This document shows positions 53,851 through 62,997 of a stretch of DNA of 64,000 bases, in pieces. Within the stretch, counting starts at the first letter, position 1. Every line of letters starts with the position of its first letter. A model generated the notes under the pieces. The model had not been told where the DNA came from and made no database searches. It was given only the letters and a program-made list of their open reading frames with translations. The stretch covers positions 384,001-448,000 of the forward strand of contig CAXXHO010000005.1 in the NCBI GenBank assembly GCA_963667725.2, in the 5' to 3' direction. Made by a program: the position numbers and the translations under genes. The stretch comes from Treponemataceae bacterium (GTDB lineage: Bacteria > Spirochaetota > Spirochaetia > Treponematales > Rectinemataceae).

Positions 53851-54564
53851 GGGGCTGTACTAGATAAAATCAGATGTTATACTTAAATAGTGATCATAAG
53901 TCATTGCAGGTTAATGAAAAGAACACAAGAAAGACTCCTCGAATTTTTTGTGCTAGAAGTAACTGCTAGATCTGCTGCAAATATACTAGGAATTCATCCT
54001 AATTCTGCAGCTCTTTTCTATCGGAAAATTCGTCAAGTTATTGCCTTCTATTTAGCCCTGGAAGCAGCAGAAGTATTCAATGGCGAAGTAGAAATCGATG
54101 AAAGCTACTTCGGTGGAGTTCGCAAAGGGAAACGAGGCCGAGGCGCTGCTGGGAAAGTAGTCGTCTTTGGCATGTTAAAGCGCCATGGCAAGGTTTTCAC
54201 CGTTGTTGTGGAGAATACCAAGACAAAGACCCTAATGAACGAAATTGCCCGTAAAATCAAGCCAGATAGTGTTGTCTATTCTGATGCCTATCACAGTTAC
54301 GATGCATTGGATGTTAGTGAATTCCATCATCATCGAATAAATCATTCAGATGTATTTGTTGATGAAAAGAATCACATCAACGGAATAGAAAACTTCTGGA
54401 ACCAGGCCAAGAGAGTCTTAAGAAAGTACAATGGAATAGACAAGAAATATTTCTATCTGTTCCTGAAAGAATGTGAGTTCCGATTCAACTATGGAACACC
54501 AAAGAATCAACTTAAAATTCTTAGAAAATGGTGCTCAATCTAGACTTTTATCTAGTACAGCCCC
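53851..54564 (+). mobile_element. IS1595-family (IS1016-like) element, intact (transposase 53890-54543)
   Basis: IRs; 8-bp TSD TTACTTTA; EIDESYFGG, HINGIENFW. Confidence 0.93.
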
Positions 54565-55759
54565 TTACTTTATAATCTTCTGGTTTTAAATTAATGCATG
54601 GTATTCTATTCCAACCTTGATCACATATTTTTATTATTGAGTTGAAGAAGTACTCGCTTATTAATGACTGTGCACAATCCTTAGGTCTAGAATAATCATA
54701 TCTATTCCATTGGCCAGATATTACCTTATCTGCTGCATTCCTCATTCTAGAAAGAACAGAATTAGCCGCTTGTTGTTTTGGTACTTTATTTTCAAGATAA
54801 TATGCAGCAGCATTCTTTGCCCCATTCCATATAATTGAATATATTTGTGATATTGGAAAGTTATTAATAATATCTTTAAAAAAGGCTTCTGTCTCTTTCC
54901 CTACAGTATAATCAAATTCATAGGCATTCATTCTATACATTAATAGATCAATACATTCCCAATATATAATTTCTTTCCATAATAAAAGAGCTTCATCAGT
55001 ATATATTTCATCCCAAGTACCTGGATTTAGTAATTCTGAAATTATTTTATCATTATCTTTCTCTTCTGAAAGTATATTTGGATATAAACCAACATTCTTC
55101 CAGTTAAAGCTAAAAGAGTCTTTTTCATAATCAGGCGTAAAATCATTCACCATTGATTTTGGATGTATTTTAATTATATCATTATAGAATAGCTCTCTAA
55201 AGGCTATATGTAGATAATCATCTGTGGGGAACATTTTCCCACTAAATTCGCCTAGAGGAGATATTCGCTCAAATTCTTTATCAATCCCAGCTCTAAGGAA
55301 GACACCAAGAAATACTTTCTGCTTAAATGTCAATATTTTTATATCAACTGGATCATATATCTCTAAATCGATTTTACTTCGTAGAAAATTTATTTTCCTA
55401 TCCATTTCTATTTTTTGCATTCTTTTCTCTTCTTCGACGCACCTTGTACACCTACAGGCTGGAGAGTCTTCATGTCCACAAGATGGACAAAATGCATTTT
55501 CATCGACATCAAATCTAGATTTATCCCGTTTTGATCGATACTTAACGAGATTAATTCCACAATACATACATTTTATATCGATTGTTTCTGGAGGGAAAAT
55601 ATAATGTAATTCAGATAAAGCTATTCCTTTAAGATCATATGATTCTTGTAGTTGCTTCATAGAAACATTTTCTTCATAATATAGATGCATTATTCTTTCA
55701 ATTTGTTCTTCTGATATTCCTTTTACTTTCTCAAGGACTTTATCTCGATACGTATTCAT
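54548..55759 (-). CDS. Hypothetical Zn-finger protein (last codons replaced by IS1595)
   Basis: CMYC, CPSC, CRCTRC; pre-insertion end DYKVI-stop. Confidence 0.75.
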   Translation of the reverse strand: MNTYRDKVLEKVKGISEEQIERIMHLYYEENVSMKQLQESYDLKGIALSELHYIFPPETIDIKCMYCGINLVKYRSKRDKSRFDVDENAFCPSCGHEDSPACRCTRCVEEEKRMQKIEMDRKINFLRSKIDLEIYDPVDIKILTFKQKVFLGVFLRAGIDKEFERISPLGEFSGKMFPTDDYLHIAFRELFYNDIIKIHPKSMVNDFTPDYEKDSFSFNWKNVGLYPNILSEEKDNDKIISELLNPGTWDEIYTDEALLLWKEIIYWECIDLLMYRMNAYEFDYTVGKETEAFFKDIINNFPISQIYSIIWNGAKNAAAYYLENKVPKQQAANSVLSRMRNAADKVISGQWNRYDYSRPKDCAQSLISEYFFNSIIKICDQGWNRIPCINLKPEDYKVRGCTR

Positions 55760-55800
55760 TGAAATCCTCTATGGAATTACTGAGCGCGCGAAGCGCGTCC

Positions 55801-55925
55801 ACATAACATTGGCTTAACCTTTAAAGCCTGGCCCGAGCTAATGCGAGGGATTGGCGCGCTTTTTGCATTGTTGTTCTGCAAAAAGCGTGACAAAAGGCTT
55901 TATAAGGTTGAAGCATGTGTTAGGA
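55801..55925 (-). repeat. attC
   Basis: ACATAAC...GTTAGGA. Confidence 0.9.
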
Positions 55926-57212
55926 AGTTACTATTTCATCAATTATTTCTTTTTCACTATCTATTTTATCATAATCGCATTTAAATACTTCTTTATAAGC
56001 ATCTTTAAATTCTTTTGTATCTCGAAATAATTCAAATAGTGGCCATTCATGATAAAATATCTGTGGAAGTTCGTCTGTATTACCTATTTTTCTCATTATT
56101 TTACTACTCAATACCCAATCTTTTTGAAGAACAGCTTTAGCAAGTAAAAACTTATCAGAACAATCAGACCAATCAAGTTTGTCTATCTGCTTCTTAACTT
56201 CTTCATCTTTATTTAATAAATAATATGTGATTATATTATTAATTGAAACAATCATGTCTTCAATTCTATTAAGCTTACTGTAGATTTTTAAATACTTAAT
56301 GAGATTCCTAACAATATTATAGTTTTTATATTCTAGGTTATCATATATATAAGTTATTAATAGGTTTTTACCAATTTCAATATTTTCAGGATGTAATTTT
56401 TTTATAATAAATGATGTAATTTTACCTGCTATTTCGATAAGTACAAAAACACTATCGTAAAAATAATCAGGATCGGTATACAATTCATCACCAATATTTG
56501 GACACTGCTTAAATGTAAATCCCTCTTGAATACAAGTATTTATATATTGACTACTTACAATACCATTAGTATGTACATATAAATTTCTTCTTTCTGTCAA
56601 CTCAACAAATTTTGATATTAGCTCTTTATCATCTTTTATTGAACCGTTAATTTTTTTCGATATCCATTCTAATTGCTTAATATGGCTACCACGCATTACT
56701 GCATCAATTTCTTCATTTATTATTGCACTTTGATATTCTTCTATTGTTTTATATTTGATGAGCTCAGTATATGATATCTGCTTACATGAATCATTTAGCA
56801 AATTAGGTTTTAATGTTAGCATATATTTAATTGTATCTGAAATATACTTATCAAATTGACTTACAAGAGTAACAATTACACTCTTGTTAATTATACTGAA
56901 CGCTCTATCATACTTGTCTTCATTATCTTGTAATATTTTGAACTTTTTTAAATATACTAAAGGTACCGCAAATTGCATACCATTTTCATTCTCTTTAATA
57001 TCGGTACATTTTTCTTTAATAAACTTTATCATATCTTTATGTGATTTTTGATGTTTTTCAGTAATTGTCATTATCGTTATAGGTAATACATCTCTTAAAG
57101 TAATTGCATTATCTAAATATGTAGATAATATTGTGCTATACCCATTAATTGGACTGTCTGATTCTTTATTAGATTTCTCTTCTGGAACTTCTATACATTC
57201 TGCATTATCCAA
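55920..57212 (-). CDS. HEPN-domain protein (putative)
   Basis: RNLYVH = Rx4H in helical context. Confidence 0.6.
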   Translation of the reverse strand: MDNAECIEVPEEKSNKESDSPINGYSTILSTYLDNAITLRDVLPITIMTITEKHQKSHKDMIKFIKEKCTDIKENENGMQFAVPLVYLKKFKILQDNEDKYDRAFSIINKSVIVTLVSQFDKYISDTIKYMLTLKPNLLNDSCKQISYTELIKYKTIEEYQSAIINEEIDAVMRGSHIKQLEWISKKINGSIKDDKELISKFVELTERRNLYVHTNGIVSSQYINTCIQEGFTFKQCPNIGDELYTDPDYFYDSVFVLIEIAGKITSFIIKKLHPENIEIGKNLLITYIYDNLEYKNYNIVRNLIKYLKIYSKLNRIEDMIVSINNIITYYLLNKDEEVKKQIDKLDWSDCSDKFLLAKAVLQKDWVLSSKIMRKIGNTDELPQIFYHEWPLFELFRDTKEFKDAYKEVFKCDYDKIDSEKEIIDEIVTS

Positions 57213-57228
57213 TTTTTCCTCCTAATCT

Positions 57229-57354
57229 TCCTAACATTGGCTTAAGCTGGGAGCTTCGACCGCGAAGCGGTTGGCGCGCTTTTTGCATGAGAGAGCGCAG
57301 CGATCTGCAAAAAGCGTGACAAAGAAGCGACTCAGCTTGAAGCATTTGTTAGAA
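57229..57354 (-). repeat. attC variant
   Basis: TCCTAAC..AAGCTG/CAGCTT..GTTAGAA. Confidence 0.88.
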
Positions 57355-57360
57355 ATCTTC

Positions 57361-57783
57361 CTATTTCATATTTAGTAATACTATCCCACTCATACACAAT
57401 ACTATTCCTGCTATCTTCTTAATGTTTATCTTCTCTTTAAATAGTATCATTCCTATGATTACTAATAATATTGTTATCAGTGATGATACTAATGCTGATG
57501 AATAGCTAAGGTTTCCTCCTGCTCTATATAGTAAAAGATACCCTAACTCTATTCCTATAATTGGAATGGCAAGTAAAACGGTATATACATTAACATTTTT
57601 AATCTCATTTGATAATGATCCATGTAATGGAATAAATAAAAAGAGCACTGATGATAGTAATATTGCAGCAATGTATGAACAAATAATGCTTAATATTGGG
57701 TTTATACTTGGACTAATTAATTTCTGGAATACCTGATAAAAGACTCCAGAGCAAACGATTAACACAATTGAAGCTATATACAT
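57361..57783 (-). CDS. EamA/DMT-family small transporter
   Basis: GIELGYLLLYRAG, LFKEKI...IAGIVLC. Confidence 0.82.
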   Translation of the reverse strand: MYIASIVLIVCSGVFYQVFQKLISPSINPILSIICSYIAAILLSSVLFLFIPLHGSLSNEIKNVNVYTVLLAIPIIGIELGYLLLYRAGGNLSYSSALVSSLITILLVIIGMILFKEKINIKKIAGIVLCMSGIVLLNMK

Positions 57784-57951
57784 ATCTCCAATCCTTAGAC
57801 TTATCTTAGAGAATGGTTGAATTTGTTTTTAAACATTGCATAGTAGCTAAGACTCAAAGACTATATATTATTCTCTATAATTCAATTACTTAAATCTCAT
57901 TACAGTAGAACTTTTTTTGTGTTTATTTTTTCTTCCTGCGCGGGAGCGCCT

Positions 57952-58075
57952 TTCTAACATTGGCTTAACCTTCAAATCCGTGCCTGAGCTACTGCGAAGG
58001 CTTGGCGTGGTTTTTGCGTGATCTTCTCGCAAAAACCATGACAAAGGATTTATAAGGTTGAAGCGGTTGTTCGAT
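57952..58075 (-). repeat. attC
   Basis: TTCTAAC...GTTCGAT. Confidence 0.9.
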
Positions 58076-58085
58076 GGCATCTATT

Positions 58086-58895
58086 TTACATATTACCAGA
58101 AATAAGTTGATTATATAATAGGCTTGGATGTTTTTGTAGCAATTGACTTTTTTCCAAACTAATAACTTCTTTATCTGAAAGTTGTTTACTAACTAATATG
58201 CTCTCGCCATTTTCTTTCCTAGTTTTAACTAAAATAATATTTCCTATTTGGATAGCTGCTTCATTTTGTGTACCTAATGCTGATATTACAAGAGCTAAAC
58301 CTTCCATATTCATTTTATTTGCTTCTGCTTCTACTTTTGTTATTTTCTCAAGCTCTATTGCTTTTTCAACTTTTTCCAAACGTTCTTTTACTTCTTTTTT
58401 ACTAAGAATATCTTTTGTTCTTAATATTATTTTCTTAAACCAAGATCCATGTTCTACTGGAAATTCTACTGCACTATTAAATCCATTTTTATTTAAGTAC
58501 TTAATTATTGTATCAAATATTTTATCAACATTATCACTCTTTTCTTCAAAATAGACTCGAACTGGTATATATCTATTCAAAGAAATTTCATCAAGATTTA
58601 CTCCTAATGATAATGCAAACATATACTGTTCAATACATTCGATAATATACTTATTTTTTTCAATTTTTTTATTTAAGCTATTTTTTTGAATCTCAAGATT
58701 ATCCTTAAATATCTCTTCTATTTCATTGTTATATTTTCTTTTTTGTACACTTGGCATACTAAGTACTTTAACATAATTATTCTCTATTTGTTCATATTTA
58801 TCTTTAGTTAATTTCATTTCATTTTCAAGGAATAGGGTCATAATCGTTTTTTCTAGTAATGCTATTCTATCTTCCAAATTTGTATTCATGCTCAT
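58086..58895 (-). CDS. Hypothetical protein
   Basis: 269-aa ORF filling a cassette. Confidence 0.75.
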   Translation of the reverse strand: MSMNTNLEDRIALLEKTIMTLFLENEMKLTKDKYEQIENNYVKVLSMPSVQKRKYNNEIEEIFKDNLEIQKNSLNKKIEKNKYIIECIEQYMFALSLGVNLDEISLNRYIPVRVYFEEKSDNVDKIFDTIIKYLNKNGFNSAVEFPVEHGSWFKKIILRTKDILSKKEVKERLEKVEKAIELEKITKVEAEANKMNMEGLALVISALGTQNEAAIQIGNIILVKTRKENGESILVSKQLSDKEVISLEKSQLLQKHPSLLYNQLISGNM

Positions 58896-58944
58896 TTTCC
58901 TTTCTAATTATATTGTAGTTGTAGAAACTTTTAGCAACTCGTCC

Positions 58945-59069
58945 ATCGAACATTGGCTTAACCTTTAACGCTCGTTCCCGAGCGAAGCGAGGGATTGGCG
59001 TGGTTTGTGCATAGGATTTCTACACAAACCATGACAAAGAGCGGTATAAGGTTGAAGCTTTTGTTGGAA
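58945..59069 (-). repeat. attC
   Basis: ATCGAAC...GTTGGAA. Confidence 0.9.
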
Positions 59070-59168
59070 GTCTCTTCTTCTCTATTCTCTTCATAATATC
59101 TTTTCTTTTATAATGAATTTTTTCTTCTATAATATTCATCTCTTTACCTAATATCTTATTATCTTTCT

Positions 59169-59462
59169 TTATATGAATAGTCTTTCATAGCCATCATATG
59201 CTTCTAATTCAACAATATCATAGGTAATCAAACACTCTTTCACTAAGGGAAATGTATCAAGAATTTCTTTAACTTTTATTGAATCTTTTGCTTCTATAAT
59301 TAAAATTGCTTCTCTTGTATTCTTAGTAAACCAAATATTTCTAATAACACTCTTTTTCTGTAGATCCCAGAGGACTTTTGCTTCTTGCTTAAGTATTTGC
59401 TCTTGTTCTTTCCAGTTAACATTAGGTTTATCGTGAGTAATAACAAGATTCACCAAAGCCAT
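59169..59462 (-). CDS. Muconolactone-isomerase-like protein
   Basis: EAKVLWDLQ, FPLVKE, Y.GYERLF. Confidence 0.6.
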   Translation of the reverse strand: MALVNLVITHDKPNVNWKEQEQILKQEAKVLWDLQKKSVIRNIWFTKNTREAILIIEAKDSIKVKEILDTFPLVKECLITYDIVELEAYDGYERLFI

Positions 59463-59547
59463 TATCTCCTTTCAAGCGTTTGATTCTTAATGTTTACACT
59501 TTTTTGCTATAGACTATTACTATTTAAAATGCTGCGCGCTAGCGTCC

Positions 59548-59655
59548 TTCCAACATTGGCTTGACCCGCGAGGCGTTAAACTGGCGCGCTTTTTGCCTTG
59601 TTGTTCTTGCAAAAAGCGTGACAGTAGCCGAGTCGGGTCGAAGCAGGTGTTAGAA
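59548..59655 (-). repeat. attC, short variant
   Basis: TTCCAAC..GACCCG/CGGGTC..GTTAGAA. Confidence 0.85.
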
Positions 59656-60192
59656 TTCTTCTACCTTCTTCAATAATGCTTCTGCTTCTCTTGGTTTCTT
59701 TAATACTATAAACTCTTTAATCTTGAATGGATTCTCTTTCAACATTAATGTATACTGTTCTTTACGTTTCTTATATGTATTCCATGCCCAGAACACAATT
59801 GCATCTTTAGCTAAAAAGGAATTCTTAAATGTCTCTCTATTTCCTGACCAAAGCTCTTCTTGTGTAATCATTCTTGATATTGTTCTTTTAAAAACTCTCC
59901 ACATTACAATAAATCTACTGTAATCAAGCCATATAACTGTATCTACATTCCCCCAGGTTAAATCTTTTACTTTATTATAGTTCCCATGTATTACATATCC
60001 TTTCTCATTCTGTATAGCATTTTTAATCTTTTCTCGAAATTCCTCTTGTTCCGATTGAACCCAATTCTCTTTCCAGAAAAGTGCATCTAGTTCTATGTCT
60101 TTAATCTTCAATACTTTACTTAAATTTCTAGCGAGTGTTGTTTTACCAGATCCACTCGTACCAACAACAAGAATCTTTGATGTAGAATCCAC
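59650..60192 (-). CDS. Adenylate-kinase-like P-loop protein
   Basis: GTSGSGKTT, ELDALFW, GNY, WLDY. Confidence 0.85.
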   Translation of the reverse strand: MDSTSKILVVGTSGSGKTTLARNLSKVLKIKDIELDALFWKENWVQSEQEEFREKIKNAIQNEKGYVIHGNYNKVKDLTWGNVDTVIWLDYSRFIVMWRVFKRTISRMITQEELWSGNRETFKNSFLAKDAIVFWAWNTYKKRKEQYTLMLKENPFKIKEFIVLKKPREAEALLKKVEEF

Positions 60193-60229
60193 TTTTTATC
60201 TTTCCTTATCTTCCTGCGCGGGAGCGCCA

Positions 60230-60354
60230 TTCTAACATTGGCTTAACCCTTAACGCCTGTTCCTGAGCGAAGCGAGGGATTGGCGTGGTTTTTGCGTGAT
60301 CTTCTCGCAAAAACCATGACAAAAGGCGTTATAGGGTTGAAGCAGTTGTTAGGC
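60230..60354 (-). repeat. attC
   Basis: TTCTAAC...GTTAGGC. Confidence 0.9.
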
Positions 60355-60364
60355 GTATATTTTT

Positions 60365-60856
60365 CTATATGTTTTTCTCCATATAAACTATTCCTAAATC
60401 TTTACCAAATTTTTTCCAACATTTCTTTAATCTTCCATATTCACTAAATCCGTTTCTCTCATGAAATTTTAAGCTATTTTTATTATCATCAGTTATATCA
60501 ACTATTATTTTGCTAATTCCAATATTTTTTGCATCATTTTCTAATTGCTGTAACGCTCTTTTCCCTATGCTTTTCCCAATATATTCTTTCTTAATAAAAT
60601 ACATTGCTTCTGCTGTTTTCTTAAATGGCTTTATATTCTTAAACGCTTCTAATGTACAAAAACCAACCAATTCTCCTCCATCGACAGTAATTGCATATCC
60701 CGAATAAACATCATTCTTATCTATGATTTTATCGAAATGATTATAATCTACAATGTCCTCACGAAAGGCCGCTGTTGTTGTTTTTATATAATAATTCAAT
60801 ATATCAATCACGCTTTGCCGATGTTTCTCTTCTAATGGTTCAAATACAATATTCAT
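60365..60856 (-). CDS. GNAT acetyltransferase (PAT-like)
   Basis: ILNYYI, GKSIGK, SLKFHERNGF. Confidence 0.85.
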   Translation of the reverse strand: MNIVFEPLEEKHRQSVIDILNYYIKTTTAAFREDIVDYNHFDKIIDKNDVYSGYAITVDGGELVGFCTLEAFKNIKPFKKTAEAMYFIKKEYIGKSIGKRALQQLENDAKNIGISKIIVDITDDNKNSLKFHERNGFSEYGRLKKCWKKFGKDLGIVYMEKNI

Positions 60857-60958
60857 AATAAAATCCCCTGATTATACTGCTTCTATATCCACATAGCCCG
60901 TCAGGTTAACATTTTTAACTATAACTTTAACATGTATCATTTTGCGCCGATGGCGTCC

Positions 60959-61083
60959 GCCTAACATTGGCTTAACTCTTAACGCCTGCTCCTGAGCGAA
61001 GCGAAGGATTGGCGTGGTTTGTGCATTGTTGTTCTGCACAAACCATGACAAAGGGCGTTATAGGGTTGAAGCAGGTGTTAGGT
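60959..61083 (-). repeat. attC
   Basis: GCCTAAC...GTTAGGT. Confidence 0.9.
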
Positions 61084-61092
61084 GCTAATATT

Positions 61093-61908
61093 TTAGATAT
61101 CATCAAAATACATAAAGCTTCTTATTTCTTTTAAACATACCTTTTTAACTTCTTTATCTTTTTTCGCTTCTGAATAAAAGTAGCATGTTTTAAGGTACTC
61201 ATGATAATTCTTATACGTATGCTTTTCTATACCTACATCATGCTTAAAGCATTCAATTAACTTTTTTATATGTTCTACTATAAAGCTACTCTTACTCCCT
61301 TTATATGAAAATATTGCTTTACAAAGTCGTTCTTCTTCTCGATATACAAAATATTCTTTCGTTTGAGTAATAATTTTTATTATTAGTAATGATATACTGT
61401 TTTTATCTTTTTCAGAAACATTTTTTGATCGTAGTAACTCAAGAAAGACATCGGCACAATGAGCTATGCTATGTATCCATCCATACTTTGATGAATAACC
61501 AGCATAAACCTTTTCATTTTCAAGATAACTCTTGAGACTACTAAGAACAAATCTCAATTCATTTTTTGTAAGAAAACTACTTTTATTATCATATTCTACA
61601 ATAGCTGCAATAATGAGCCAAGAAAACGTCCTTTTAACTGCATACTTTAGCAAATTGCTATCTATATTAAAATAAATAAAATTATCTGATAACAAAATCT
61701 TTAATACTTCATGTAATGCTTTTTTACTAATATATCCATTTAGAATCCAAGTACAAAAAACTACATAAACAAGTTCATCTCGTATTTTTTGATCAACAAT
61801 TCCAAGATCACTTATGTTATTTATTAAGAATGAATCATATTCATCATCATTCAATATGAAGCTATGATTGAGAATTGACTCATATATTTTCTGTTTACGA
61901 TTACTCAT
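61093..61908 (-). CDS. DUF2785-family protein
   Basis: IRDELVY, KRTFS.L, GWIHSIAHCAD, EEERL. Confidence 0.78.
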   Translation of the reverse strand: MSNRKQKIYESILNHSFILNDDEYDSFLINNISDLGIVDQKIRDELVYVVFCTWILNGYISKKALHEVLKILLSDNFIYFNIDSNLLKYAVKRTFSWLIIAAIVEYDNKSSFLTKNELRFVLSSLKSYLENEKVYAGYSSKYGWIHSIAHCADVFLELLRSKNVSEKDKNSISLLIIKIITQTKEYFVYREEERLCKAIFSYKGSKSSFIVEHIKKLIECFKHDVGIEKHTYKNYHEYLKTCYFYSEAKKDKEVKKVCLKEIRSFMYFDDI

Positions 61909-61963
61909 TTACAGGCCTTAACTCATTCTCTCAAATAGACTACTAATTTCGCCCGTAGGGTCC

Positions 61964-62088
61964 ACCTAACATTGGCTTAACCCTTAACGCCTGTTCCTGA
62001 GCGAAGCGAAGGATTGGCGTGGTTTTTGCGTCATCTTCTCGCAAAAACCATGACAAAGGGCGTTATAGGGTTGAAGCATTTGTTAGAT
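61964..62088 (-). repeat. attC
   Basis: ACCTAAC...GTTAGAT. Confidence 0.9.
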
Positions 62089-62093
62089 TCCTC

Positions 62094-62828
62094 TTACTTA
62101 CTGTTTACATCAATTTCCCAATATTCTTTTACTTCTATATCATTCTTATGTTTATTAAATAATCTCTTTAATATTTCTCTATGTTCATACCCACATAATA
62201 GAATAGATCGTATATCATCATTTTTATCTTTAAGCGATTTTACGACATTTTCTACCATTGCTTCATTTCTAATTTTCCAGAAATGATCTATAAAATGAAC
62301 ATGTTCTTTGAATGCATGAAGCTTTTCATATTTTCTTACGATATCTCTATAGAAACTATAAGCAAGCTTTTCTTTATACCGTATTAAGCTATCAGAAATA
62401 GTACTATTAATTATCCGGACATGATCATTGCTTAAGCTTTTATCTCTCATTTTATAGATATCATAAAGGTGCTTAAATCTTAATCTATCTTCAGAATTTG
62501 GTATTTCCTCTTTATATAACTTTTCTAATGCAACATTGAATTGCTTTTGCATTTCAAAATAATTTTCTTCTTTAAGAGTTCTATTTCTATTCTGAATATC
62601 ATATTGAATCACTTCACATTCTGGGTGTCTTTGTATATATGTAATTATTGCTTTGCTTTCTACACCAGTTATGTTTTTCTTTCTGAATTCTAAATCTACT
62701 TTCCACTCCTCTGGCAACTCTTCAAATATGATTGAAGGATTAAGTTTCTCCATTATATCAACAATATGCACTGCTTTATAGTTTTTAGTCTCTTTATGAC
62801 AAGTTCCCAAAATTACAATGGTCTTCAT
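62094..62828 (-). CDS. Hypothetical protein (TraB/Tiki-like motifs)
   Basis: LGTCH, IFEE, RNEAM, G.EH. Confidence 0.6.
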   Translation of the reverse strand: MKTIVILGTCHKETKNYKAVHIVDIMEKLNPSIIFEELPEEWKVDLEFRKKNITGVESKAIITYIQRHPECEVIQYDIQNRNRTLKEENYFEMQKQFNVALEKLYKEEIPNSEDRLRFKHLYDIYKMRDKSLSNDHVRIINSTISDSLIRYKEKLAYSFYRDIVRKYEKLHAFKEHVHFIDHFWKIRNEAMVENVVKSLKDKNDDIRSILLCGYEHREILKRLFNKHKNDIEVKEYWEIDVNSK

Positions 62829-62857
62829 AGCTTTGTTTATTATGTTCCTTTTAGTGA

Positions 62858-62974
62858 ATCTAACATTGGCTTAAGCTGGGAGCTTCGACCGCGAAGCGGT
62901 TGGCGCGCTTTTTGCGTGATCTTCTCGCAAAAAGCGTGACAAAGAAGCGACTCAGCTTGAAGCAGTTGTTAGGT
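62858..62974 (-). repeat. attC variant
   Basis: ATCTAAC..AAGCTG/CAGCTT..GTTAGGT. Confidence 0.88.
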
Positions 62975-62997
62975 TCTCCTCTTTTTCATTTAATTTA

